From contig CM000150.2 of NCBI GenBank assembly GCA_000004695.1, forward strand, positions 4,768,001 through 4,832,000: a stretch of 64,000 bases of DNA. Direction: 5' to 3'. Each line of letters begins with the position of its first letter. Positions within the stretch are counted from its first letter, which is position 1. Of the stretch, positions 32,145 through 54,177 are shown piece by piece. The notes under the pieces were generated by a model. The model made no database searches. It was not told where the DNA came from and worked only from the letters and a program-made list of their open reading frames with translations. A program made the translations under genes and the position numbers. The DNA comes from Dictyostelium discoideum. Taxonomy: Eukaryota.

Positions 32145-33801
32145 ATGAAATTATTATCAACTTCATCAAAATGTTTTAAACAATCATTAAAGATAAACTA
32201 TAGAAATTTTAGCTCATCAAATAAAATTTTTAAAAACTATACAAACAATAGTAAAAATTATAATAATAACAATAATAATTCTTTTAATGAAAATAACTAT
32301 AAATTAATTTCAGCAATTGGAGTCTCAACAATAGTTGGTTTAGGATTTGTAAGTATTTATTAAAATTAATTTATATTATTTATTTAAATTTTAATTCTAT
32401 TTTATTTTATTTTATTTTATTAATAATAAAATAAAATAAATAAAAAAAAAAAAGTTTTCAATTTTAAATTTAGAAGAAGAAAAAAAAAATATTATAATTG
32501 AAAAGAATAAAATTGATAGAATACCAGATGAAGCAAAAAAAGAATTGGTATTAATATTTTCAGAAAGATTTGTTACACATCCATCAGATTTGGAAGCACA
32601 TGGTAAAGATTTTAGTTATCATGAAAGAGCATCACCAGATGCAGTTATTTATCCACATAATCAAGAGGAAGTTAAAAAGTTGGTAGATATCGCAAGAAAG
32701 TATAGGATACCATTGATTGCATGTGGTGCAATGACAAGTTTAGAAGGTCACACTCTTTCAAACTATGGCGGTATTTCAGTAGATTTTAGAAATATGTCTA
32801 GAGTGTTACAAATTTATAAAGATGATTTCTACGTAACCGTCCAACCAGGTATTTCCTACGGTGATTTAAATGAGGAATTGAAAAAGATTGGATTCTTTTT
32901 CCCAGTTGATCCAGGTCCTGGTGCAACTATTGGTGGTATGATTGGAACAAGTGCATCTGGTACTCATTGTGTTCACTATGGTACAATGAAGGATAACGTC
33001 CTCTCGATGAAAGTTGTGCTCCCAAATGGTGATATTGTAACCACAAGAAGCAAAGCAAAGAAGTCATCAGCAGGCTATGATCTCAACCATCTCTTCATTG
33101 GGTCTGAAGGCACATTGGGTATTGTTGTCGAAGCATCATTAAAAATCCAACCAATTCCAACCTGTTCACAAGTCTCATTGGTAACATTTGATAGTATCAC
33201 CTCTGCATGTGATGCAGTAATTAAAACCATGCAATCGGGTGTTCAAATTGGTAGAGTTGAATTATTGGATGATGTTATGATGAATGCAGTCAATTTAGCA
33301 AGTAATACAAACTATTCAGAGAAACCTACTTTAATTTTCGAATTCTCAGGTCCATCGCAAGGTATGGTTCAAGAACAAATTTCAAAAGTTAGTGAAATCA
33401 CCAGAGAATGTAATTCTTTAGATTTTAAATTCTCAAGTACAAATGAAGAAAAAGAAAATCTTTGGATGGCTAGAAAGGTTGCATTATGGAGTTCAAAAGT
33501 TTTAAGACCATCATCTGAAGTTTGGATCACTGATGCTTGTGTACCAATCTCAAAACTCTCTAAAATTATAGATGAAACAAAAGTTGATATCTCTAAAACC
33601 TCATTATTAGCACCATTGGTAGCTCATGCTGGTGATGGTAACTTTCATCTTTTCATTCTTTTTGATCCAAATAATCCAAAAGAATTTGAAGAAGCTAAAT
33701 TCATAAATGATAATTTAGTTAATAGAGCAATTGAATATAAAGGTACTTGTACAGGTGAACATGGTGTTTCTTTTGGTAAAATTGTATTGTATTATTTTTA
33801 T

Positions 33802-33837
<36 letters not shown>

Positions 33838-34005
33838 TATTTAGATATTAACAAAGTTTTTTTTTTTTTTTAGAAATATTTGGATAAAGAATTAGGAAAA
33901 GAAGCAGTAGATTTAATGGCAACAATTAAAAGATCAATTGATCCTTCTAATTTAATGAATCCTGGAAAAATTATCACTGTCGAGAAATTTAATGAAAAAA
34001 AATAA
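32145..34005 (+). CDS. ldhd: D-lactate dehydrogenase (FAD-binding, GlcD family), mitochondrial, 3 exons. Exon 1 is 32145 to about 32348 (presequence plus TM anchor). Exon 2 runs from about 32455-32474 to 33783. Exon 3 is 33874-34005.
   Basis: FAD-binding PCMH and oxidase signatures are present: IPLIACGAMTSLEGH, GDGNFHLFILFDP, GTCTGEHGVSFGKI|KYLDKELGKEAVDLMATIKRSIDPSNLMNPGKI (compare yeast DLD1 and human LDHD GEHGVGLGK..YL..ELG). The first-intron boundaries are ambiguous. The second intron uses a GTATTG donor. Confidence 0.85.
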
Positions 34006-34063
34006 ATAAACTAATAGATACATAAACAAAAAGATTTTAAATCGATAATTTCAAATTCTTTTA

Positions 34064-37588
<3,525 letters not shown>

Positions 37589-37980
37589 CAATAAAAAAAA
37601 AAAGAAAAAAAAGAAAAATTTAAATTGTAATACAAACACAATAAAAAATTAATTAAAAAAAAAAATAAAAAAAATATAAAAAAAATGAAATTAAAAAAAA
37701 TAAAAAAAAAATAAAAAAAAAATGAAAAAAAAAAAAAATAGATTCTAAAAAAATGAAAAATAAAATAAAAAGAAAATGTTTTTTTTTAACAATGAAAATT
37801 AATTAATTTTATTTATTTTTAATATGAATTTAGAATATATAAAAATAGAGCACTCAGAATCATATAAATTATAAAAAAAATGAATGTAATCAAAGAGGAA
37901 AAAAAAAAAAAAATAAAAAAACAGAACCTTTTTTGCATCATTTTGTTTTTTTAAATAAAATAATGAAAAACTTTAAAGAG

Positions 37981-38011
<31 letters not shown>

Positions 38012-38730
38012 TTCAAAATATCAACAAATTAGAGAAAAAAAAAAAATAATAATTAAAAAAAATAAAAATAAAAATAAATTAAATTTAATTGATATTTTTT
38101 GTAAATCTAAATTTTTTGAAAAATAAAAGATTTGTATACACAAAAGTAGTTTTTATTATAATAAAAATAACATCAAATAAACTCGTGGTGACTCTTTGTC
38201 AAATACCAATCACAAAAAAAAAAAATTTTTATCTAAACCACTGGGCAGTTAACTTTAGATTTCGTCGATCAAAAATTGAAAAAAAAAAAAAAAAAAAAAA
38301 AAAAAATAAAAATAAAAAAAAAAAAATAATAAAAAAGGTGGGAACCTTTTTAAAAAAAAAAAAAAAATAAAAAAAAAAAAAAAAAAAAGATTAATAAAAA
38401 TAATAATAATAAATCACTGAGGGTACCTCTATAATTGGGTTCACTTTATTAATGTTTTGGTGTGTTTATTTTCTTTTTTTAGATTATATTTGTAGAATAG
38501 AGGTTCTTGATATAAAGAAAAAAAATAATTATTTTAACTTTGAATTTTTTCGTTACCTTAAAAAAACACCTTGTTTTCAATATTTAAATAAAATTTACTA
38601 TTTTATTGTATTGTTTGAAACCCTACAGTGTAAATTGTACTGTTCTAAATTTAGACGCTGATAGTTTTTTTTTTTTTTTTTTTTTTTTTAATTTTTTTTT
38701 TTTTTCATTTTTTTTTTATTTTTTTTTTTT

Positions 38731-38764
<34 letters not shown>

Positions 38765-38976
38765 TTTTATTTTTTTTTGAGTGCAAATTTAACCTTTTAG
38801 CCCAATCTCACACACTAACAAATATATTTATTTTTACAAAAGGTAATTTTTTATCTCTTTTTTTTTTTATTTTTTTATTTAGTATTTTTATACCATTGTT
38901 CAATTATTTTTTTATTTTTTTTTTTTTTATTTATTTATTTTCACTTTTATTTTTAGTTTATTATTTTTATATTCAT

Positions 38977-39009
<33 letters not shown>

Positions 39010-39499
39010 AAAATAAAACAATTGGCTACTTTTTTTTTTTTTTTTTTTTTTTATTTTTTTTTTGGCCTCCCAATTTGGTATCGATATTTAATTTTTCCAT
39101 TTTAGATCTTAATTTTTTTTTTTTTTCTTTTTTTTTTAATTTTTTTTTTTTTTTTTTAATTTTTTTTTTCTTTTTTTTAAATTCATAATTTAATTTAATA
39201 TCCACACTGTTCACAAAAATAAAATAAAATAAAATAAAAAATAAAATTAAATTAAATTAAAATTTTTTTTTTTTTTAATAATAAAAAAAAAATATCATAA
39301 GTTTTATACAACAATAAACACAACACATCTATAAATAAATAAAATTTTGGTTATACAATTTGTATACACCCACATATTCACATGTATGTTATTAAAAAAA
39401 ATAGAAAAAAAATAAACCAAACTTAATTTTTATAATATCATATCATATTGTTATCATTTACTTCAAAAATAATCCCTTTGGGGTTTTAAAAACACATAT

Positions 39500-39537
<38 letters not shown>

Positions 39538-39872
39538 CCTTAAATTTAAAAAATATCAATTAACACACACACAAAACCCACCACCCACATTTTTTTTTTT
39601 TTTTTTTTTTTATTTTATTTTTTTAATTTAATTTTTTTTTATTTTTTATTTTTTTTTTCAACTTTTTTTTTATTAGTGATCATGAAATAATCTCTTGTTT
39701 GGATTGTAAAATAACCACAATATCAGTATTTGTATGTGTGATTTTATTATAATTCTAATTAAATATTTTTATTTTCTATTTTTAATTTTTTTTTTTTTTT
39801 TAAAAAAAAAGATTTTTTTTATTATTTTTATTTATTTTTTTTTTAATTTGATATTTAAACTTTTTTTTCAAA

Positions 39873-39905
<33 letters not shown>

Positions 39906-40203
39906 GTTTTTTGTTTTTTTTTTTTATTATAAAATTAAAATTTGTATGTATTTATATAAATCACCAATCCCATTAAATATTTATTTTTTTTTAATTTTTT
40001 TCTTTTTTTTAAAAAAATTTTCTCAATATATCTGACACAAACGCATTTAAATTTTTAATTTATTTTATTTTTATTTTTTTTTAATTTTTTTTTTTTTTTT
40101 TATTTTCTTTATTGGGGAATTTTTTTTTTCTTTTTTTAAAAATTTCTTTTTCCAATACCACATTCTCTTTAAATCAAATCAACCAAATCAAAAAAAAAAA
40201 ACA

Positions 40204-40242
<39 letters not shown>

Positions 40243-40483
40243 TTAATATAATTATTTTCTATTTATAGATTTTTTAAACATAAAATTTTTATATAAAATT
40301 AAACACAAACAAGAAAACAAAATTTTTGTATAATTACTTTTTTTTTTTTTTTTTTTTACACATAATTAATTAATTAATTAATCATCAACAACAATAACAA
40401 TAACAATAACAACAAAAAGCAAAAAACAAAAATATAAAAAAACAAATAAAATAATATAAATAAATAAATAAATAATATATAGA

Positions 40484-40769
40484 ATGGAGGCAATTACAAT
40501 TGAAATTAATCAAGAAGGTATTTTAGATTTTGTTAAAAAATCATCACTCTCAAAATGGAAGAATAGATATGTCAGATTAGTTGATGGTGGTATTTATATT
40601 TATAAAACTGATAAAGATGAAGACTTTAAATGTATAGATTTAGAATTTTCAGTTTTAGACTCCAACCCAAAAGAAGCAGGAAATAGACCAAACTCATTTT
40701 TAATTAGAGATTCACATAATAAAGCTTTTCTTTTCTCTGCAAATACATCACAAGGTAAATAATTTTTAA

Positions 40770-40818
<49 letters not shown>

Positions 40819-41557
40819 AAACATATTAATAATTTTTTTTATTTTTTTATTTTTTTTATAATTATTATTATTATTATTATTTATATTATTTAAAGAATAT
40901 AATAAATGGTTAGAAAATGTTAAAAGATCAACTGGTAAAAAGAATTCAGGATGTCCAACATTTGATTCAGCAGTTGCAAAGAGAGAAGGTAGAAATGATA
41001 TAATGTTTAGAGCAAAAAAGAATATTTCAGGTAAGATCGCTAGTTCAGGAGTTGGTAAGAGTGGTTTAAAGAAATTGATTCCAGAAGAGGGTCGTGAATT
41101 GATTGGATCAGTTAAAAAGATCATTAAGAGAGTCTCAAATGAAGAGAAAGCAAATGAAATGGAGAAGAATATCCTAAAGATTTTAATCAAAGTGTTTTTC
41201 TACATTGATTCTAAAGCAATTCAAATTGGTGATTTGGCAAAGGTTGATAGAGCTTTACGTGACGGTTTCAATCATTTAGATCGTGCTTTCAGATACTATG
41301 GTGTAAAGAAAGCCGCTGATCTCGTTGTAATCTTGGAGAAGGCTTCTACTGCCTTGAAAGAAGCTGAACAAGAAACTGTAACCTTACTCACTCCTTTCTT
41401 TAGACCACACAATATTCAACTCATTCGTAATACTTTTGCATTTTTGGGTTCTTTAGACTTTTTCACTAAAGTTTGGGATGATTTGGAAATTGAAGATGAT
41501 TTATTCTTATTAATTAGTGCTCTTAACAAATATACTCAAATTGAATTGATTTATTAA
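40484..41557 (+). CDS. PH-domain plus TNFAIP8/TIPE-like domain protein. 2 exons: 40484-40754 and 40896-41557.
   Basis: N-terminal PH-like segment: GILDFVKKSSLSKWKNRYVRLVDGGIYIYK...NSFLIRDSHNKAFLFSANTSQ|EYNKWLENV (the split-PH C-terminal Trp). The C-terminal roughly 190 aa (KIIKRVSNEEKANEMEKNILKILIKVFFYIDSKAIQIGDLAKVDRALRDGF...TLLTPFFRPHNIQLIRNTFAFLGSLDFF) has the all-helical TIPE-family pattern. The donor is G|gtaaat and the acceptor is ..taaag|AA, in frame. Confidence 0.65.
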
Positions 41558-41746
41558 ATAAATAATAATTAATTAATTAATTAATTAATTAATTAATCAA
41601 TCATAAAAAATAAAAAAAATAAAAAAAATATTAATCAGTAATAATTATAATAATAATAATAGTCAATAATATAAAATTCAAAAATCATAAACATATATAT
41701 GAAAATAAAATTTAATAATACACCAATCACAATAGTTTTATAGTAA

Positions 41747-41819
<73 letters not shown>

Positions 41820-42030
41820 AAAAATAAAAAGCTTTTAATTTTGTACAATATTTATAAAGTTGTTTATAGTTCTTAATTATTTCATTTTTTTTTTTTTTTT
41901 TTTAAATTTTTGTGATAAAAATAGAATTAATTGAAATAAAAAGTTGGAAATTTCCAGTTAATTAACAGAAAAAAAAAAAAAAAATGTTGAAAAAAAAAAA
42001 AAATTTTAAAAAAAAAAAATCATTTAAAAA

Positions 42031-43239
42031 ATGGAACAACAACAACATGATGATAATATAATTATAGAAGAAACTAATAATTCAATAACATTTAATGTTT
42101 GTAATACAATAAAAAGTAAAGTTAAATATGAAGATTTTTCAATAGATTCAATAATGAATTATCAAGAAATAGCAGAAGAGTTAGATGAAGAGGGTAATGT
42201 AATTGGTGAACCAGTTGAACAAGCAAAAGAAAAAGTAATAATAAATTCAAGTTTAAATGAAAACTCTAAATTTATTGGTTGTAATTCATTTTTTCATTCT
42301 GCTATCAAAGCATTTTCAGAACACCATCATTTAAATATACGTCCTGATGATATTTGGATGGCAATTTTAAATAATTTTTCAACTTTTATTAATAAATATG
42401 CACAAGATTTGAGAGACAAGTTGGTAGACTTTAAAGAGGGAAAGAAATTATTAATGGTTGAAACTGACTATCCAATTTTAAAAGCACCTCATGATAAATT
42501 AACATTAGAAATTAGTAAAGAAATTGAAAAAAATATAAAAGATCCATCAATTCGTGATTGGATAATACCAAATTTTTCAACAACCACCCAAACTGATAAA
42601 GTTGTTTTCGCATCTGCATTAATGTCAACTGTAAAATCTTTTTTCGATTTTAAATGTTATACAAGATGTGGTTTACCAAGTGTTACTCTTTTTGGTACTG
42701 TTGATGATTGGTTAAATTTAAAAGAAAGAATTGAAAGATTGAAAGAATTTGATATTATAAAAAATAAAAACCAAGAGGAAGAAGAGGAGGGACAAGAGGT
42801 AACTAATAAACCAATTATGAGTGAATGGGTATCAATGCTTCATCCAATCATTGATGAATTCATTTTAACAGCATCAGGTAAACCAAATATTGAATGGTGG
42901 TCATTAATTGCTAAAGAAAATGCAATAAGTGGTGGGCCTATTATAAATGGATGGATTACAGTTTTTTCAATTTTTAATAAAAAAAGTGTTTGTATATTTG
43001 ATAATCAACAATATTGGTCCAATGGAAGGGAAAAAAGATTATTAAATCCTAATACTTGGTTGAGAATAGGTTATCATATGGCTTTAAATGGTTATCTTTC
43101 TTCTCCAATTCTTTTGGTTGAAGGTCCCAATCAATACAACTCAACTTTATTTGGTGGACATATGGCAATTAAAATTGATGAAAATTCTCCAACAACAATT
43201 TCCCCTTCACTTGATTGGTGTTTGGTTATTGATAAATAA
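42031..43239 (+). CDS. Hypothetical protein, 402 aa, possibly of the DUF4419 family; single exon.
   Basis: Clean ATG-to-stop ORF with normal composition. Motifs seen in DUF4419 proteins: IRPDDIWMAILNNFSTFIN, TRCGLPSVTLFGTVDDWLNL, WSLIAKENAISGGPIINGWITVF. The family assignment is from memory and not certain. Confidence 0.45.
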   Translation: MEQQQHDDNIIIEETNNSITFNVCNTIKSKVKYEDFSIDSIMNYQEIAEELDEEGNVIGEPVEQAKEKVIINSSLNENSKFIGCNSFFHSAIKAFSEHHHLNIRPDDIWMAILNNFSTFINKYAQDLRDKLVDFKEGKKLLMVETDYPILKAPHDKLTLEISKEIEKNIKDPSIRDWIIPNFSTTTQTDKVVFASALMSTVKSFFDFKCYTRCGLPSVTLFGTVDDWLNLKERIERLKEFDIIKNKNQEEEEEGQEVTNKPIMSEWVSMLHPIIDEFILTASGKPNIEWWSLIAKENAISGGPIINGWITVFSIFNKKSVCIFDNQQYWSNGREKRLLNPNTWLRIGYHMALNGYLSSPILLVEGPNQYNSTLFGGHMAIKIDENSPTTISPSLDWCLVIDK

Positions 43240-43395
43240 TAAATTTTTCCTGATATTACTAAAAAAAAAAAAAAAAAAATACCAAAAGAATATCATATTT
43301 TAATATAAAAATTTATTAATATGCATGAACGATAGAAAATTCAATTTTTATGGAGATCATTAATGATATTCTATTATTATTTTATTATATTATTG

Positions 43396-43430
<35 letters not shown>

Positions 43431-43939
43431 CCTCATACGTGTAAAGAGTAGTAGAATTGGTAATTATAACCATCATATTTTTCTTCTTATTTTTCTTTTC
43501 ATATCAAAACAAAAAATTACAATCAATTAAAAAAAATAACAAGGTTTTTGACTAAATTTGAAATTTTTTTTTTTTTCATTTTCATTCTCTATTTAATTAT
43601 TATTATAATTTAACTCACCAATTTTTTAATTATCTTTTATAATTATCCAATAATTCAATTTCCTAATCTTTTTTTATAACTCAAGATTTTATAAAATGGT
43701 TTATCAAACTCAATTCTTTTCTTGTCAAAATCAAAGTATGACACAATTGGCAATATTGCAGAAACTTAAAAAAAAAGAGAAAAATTTTTATAAATAAATA
43801 AAATTGTTTTTTTTATTTGTACAACTTTTTTTTTGTTTTTTTATTATTCTTTTTCTTAAAGTGTTATTGTTGTGTTTTTTTTTTTTTTTTTTTTTAGTAA
43901 TTTAAAAATTGTAAAAAGAAACTAAACTTTAAACAAAAT

Positions 43940-50335
<6,396 letters not shown>

Positions 50336-50339
50336 TTTA

Positions 50340-50935
50340 TTCTATATATATGTATGTATGTGTATGTATGTAGGTGTTATGTGAATGTATGTGTGTGTTT
50401 ATATTTTTGAGGTGTGTATGATGTTGTTGTTGTTGTGGTTGTTTATTTTTACGACTATAATAATAATAACAATAATATTATTAATAATAATAATAATAAA
50501 AATTAGTATTAAAATATAAATATGAACAAAAAAAAAAAAGAAAACTATTTTAATTTACCTACCTTTTAACCTGCTTAAGATGTGTATAATTTATTTTTTT
50601 AGTGCTGATATATTACTATTGTATATGTACATGATCATGCCCTTTTATTTCTATAAATTTCCTCTGGATATATATATGTGATATAATCCTTTTTCTTTTT
50701 CTTTTTTTTTTTTTCCTTTAAAATAAAAAGTGATAGTAGTAGAAAATTTAAAAAAATAAAAAATAAAAAAAAAAAATAAAAATAAAAAAAAAGAAAACAC
50801 AAGAAATATCAATTGGTGTGTACTATATAAAAGAAACTTGTATGTTTTTTTTATATGTACAAAGAATATGAATATATGTAAGGTGTGAGAGAGTGAGTGA
50901 GTGAGTGAGTGTGTGTGTGTATGTGTATTCTATAT
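50340..50935. repeat. GT-rich imperfect microsatellites, (TATG/TGTA)n at 50340-50420 and (GTGA)n(GT)n at 50888-50925, in the otherwise AT-rich intergenic region between the PHD-SET gene (minus) and the Mic60 gene (plus).
   Basis: 'gagtgagtgagtgagtgagtgtgtgtgtgtatgtg' and 'tatgtatgtatgtgtatgtatgtaggtg'. Confidence 0.8.
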
Positions 50936-51084
50936 AAAACAAAGGATGTTTATTTTATTTTTATTTTGTTTTTTTTTTTTTTTTTTTTTCTTTTTTTATC
51001 GGTTGGTATGAAGTAAAAAATAAAAAAAAATTTAAAAAAAAAAAAAAAAAAAATAAAATAAAATAAAAAAATTCAGAAAAAATG

Positions 51085-51118
<34 letters not shown>

Positions 51119-51721
51119 AAAAAAAAAAAAAAGCAACACATAGAATAAATTTCAACAAGTAATGATTACATTCAAATTCCCTATTTAGGTTTCAAATTTA
51201 CTATTATTACTATTTTTTTTTTTTTTTTTTTTTTCCTTTACTGTTATGATCTTTTTTTATTTTTTTTTTTAGAAACTCAAAGTTTTTAAAAATAATGATA
51301 ATGACCAAAAAAAAAAAAAAAATTTATGACCAAACTTTTAGTCGTAGAGTGTTAATAAAATATCTTTTTTTTAAAAAATAAAAAGAAAAAAAAAAAAATA
51401 AAATAAAATAAAACAAAATAATTATTTTCAGTATTTTTATAAATATCTTGCTAATTAGCACTTAATAAGATTGACTAAACACAAAATAATATCACCCAAA
51501 TCTATTACTGCTATTTTTGTAATTATTAAAAATAAAAAAAAAAAAAAAAATTTTTATTGTTTTTACTTCAGTAGTCCCACAACATTTCCATTTTTTTTTT
51601 TTTTTTTTTCCAATTTTTTTATTTTTTTATTTTTTTATTTTGTTTTTTTTAATTTTTTTTTTATTTTATTTTATTTTATTTTATTATTAAACTAATTAAA
51701 TAAATAAAAAAGAAAAATAAA

Positions 51722-52134
51722 ATGAGTTTTCTTAAAATTAATAAAATAGCATTAAAATCTTCAACAACTATTTTAAAATCTTCTTCACCTTTATCAGGCA
51801 AAACCAAATTTAATCATATTAATAGTCGTAGTAGTAGTAGAAGCAATGAAAATAATTATGAAAAAAGATATTATTCATCATTTAGTATGAAAGAAGATCC
51901 AGAACCATCAAAACCATTTGGTTTTAAACCATTAATTGCATTAGTATTGGTTGGTGGTATTAGTGCATATTTATACAAAGCTTGGGATAATCAAGATTTC
52001 ATGTTTTCTTCTAAGTTACCATACCAAAGAGAAGAAGTTGAAAAATTTAAAAAAATCATGAAAGAAATACATCAAGATTCACAAAGAGAAAATTTAAATA
52101 TTGAAAAAGAATCAAAAGAATCAAAAGAATCTGA

Positions 52135-52176
<42 letters not shown>

Positions 52177-53704
52177 TCAACAAGAAGAAGAAAAAGAAGA
52201 AGAAAAAGTAGGAGTAGAAAATACTACATTAGAAGATAATATTATAGAATCAATAAAAAATCATGAAGAAGAAATGAAAAATGAATTGGTATCATTAATT
52301 GAATCAGTTCAAGATAAATATGCACATTCAAATGATGATGAAATCAATGCAGATGAAAGAGAAATGGATTCAGAGACTGGTGTTAGTATTAGTGATGAGA
52401 TTTCAAAATTAATTGAAGAACATAAACAAAATGAAGAAGAGTCATTACCAGATTTACTTGATGTTAATTATGGTGTATTATCTATTATTCCAGAAGCTGT
52501 TAAATCTGCTGAAGAAACAGTTGAAAATGCATTAAAGAAATTCACTCATAGCAATGATGATGATGATGATACAACAACTACTTCAATCATTATTAATACA
52601 TCAGATGAATTAAAGAATCATAATATTAATATTGAAAATGGAAATGAAGAATCTTTAGTCGATTCATTAGATGTTAATTATAATGTATTATCAATTATTC
52701 CAGAGAAAGTTAAATCAGCTGAAGAAAAAGTTGAAAATGTATTAAAGAAATTTGAAGAACAATATTTGGAGAAAGTTGAAAAATTAATTTCTGAAAATAT
52801 GAAGTTAAAAGTTGATTTTGATAAACTTATCAATGGAAAAGATGATGAGTTAAAGAGAGTAGAGGAAGAGATTAGAGAAAAGTATAGATCATCATTAGAT
52901 GCAGCTATTGAAGAGTTGAATAAGGATTTGGATGAAAAGTTAAAGGATATGGATCAATTCATAAAGTCAAAGGTATTTGATAACCAAGCAGTGCTTCAAG
53001 AGACATTGGAAAAACAAAAATCAAATCTTATCAATATTTTCAAACAACAGGCTGAATCTATTAAACAATCTGAATTGGAGAAGAGGGCAATCACTCAATT
53101 GACTCAATGCATTGTGGATCTTCAAAAACTTTTACATGATAAATCAGCTATCGACGGTGCTAATGGTAAGGGATTGCTCGTTAGATCGTTCAAGAATTTG
53201 ACAGATCTTTCAAACTATGATCAGTTGATTAAGGAATTACTCTCGACTTTACCAGAAGGATTTGAAAAGAAGCCAGTCATTCCTCTCGATACATTGAATA
53301 ATCAATTCCAAGATATTGCAAAGAAATTGAGAAAGTCTCAATTAATCGATCCAAATGATAATTCTTTGCTTGGTAAAGCAGTCTCAGAGTTGGCTTCTTT
53401 ATTTATCATTCCAGAGAAAGGTATGGTTCAAGGTAATGATTATGATGCTATCTTGGCTCGTGCTGAAGATCACTTAAGAAAAAATAATCTCTCCTCTGCT
53501 ATCAAAGAAATGGAATCCATTCAACAACAATCCTCAAAATCATCAACAAACATCGATAATCATCACCTTTCAAAATTAACTTCCAATTGGATTAAACAAG
53601 CAAAAGAAAGAGATCAATTAGAAAATATTTCAAAATTATTAGAGTTAAAATTGGAATTAATTCATAAACAACAACAACAAATTAAAGAGGAACAACAAAA
53701 ATAA
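51722..53704 (+). CDS. Mic60 / mitofilin homolog (MICOS subunit), 660 aa, single exon.
   Basis: N-terminal S/R-rich presequence, a single TM (FGFKPLIALVLVGGISAYLY), about 450 aa of coiled-coil-like E/K-rich sequence, and a C-terminal mitofilin-type signature: DYDAILARAEDHLRKNNLSSAIKEMESI...LTSNWIKQAKERDQLENISKLL. Confidence 0.65.
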
Positions 53705-54089
53705 ATAAATAAATAAATAAATAAATAAAAAAAAATAAAAAAAAAATATCTCATATTTTCATTTTTCATTTTTGGGTTGACGTGTTATCACTAATTAATT
53801 CAATGAAAAAAAAAAAAAAAAAAATTATTGCAACATCCAGATCCAAAAATGGGTTAAAAATGAGAATTAAAAAAAAAAAAAATTTTAAAATAATAAAAAA
53901 AAAAAAAATTTTGTGTGAAAATATGTGTGTTTTTCATAATAAATAGTGTTATTAAAACAATAAAAAAAAAAAAAAAAAATAAAAAAAATAAAAAAAAAAT
54001 ATATAAAAAAAAAAAATTTAATTTAAAATTTTTTATTTACAAAAAAAAAAAAAAAAAACAAAACAAATAAAATAAAAATAAATATAATA

Positions 54090-54094
54090 TAATT

Positions 54095-54166
<72 letters not shown>

Positions 54167-54176
54167 AAAAAAAATA
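54090..54176. repeat. (AAAT)n microsatellite, about 20 units, immediately upstream of the TLC gene ATG.
   Basis: 'aaataaataaataaat' run. Confidence 0.9.
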
Positions 54177-54177
54177 A

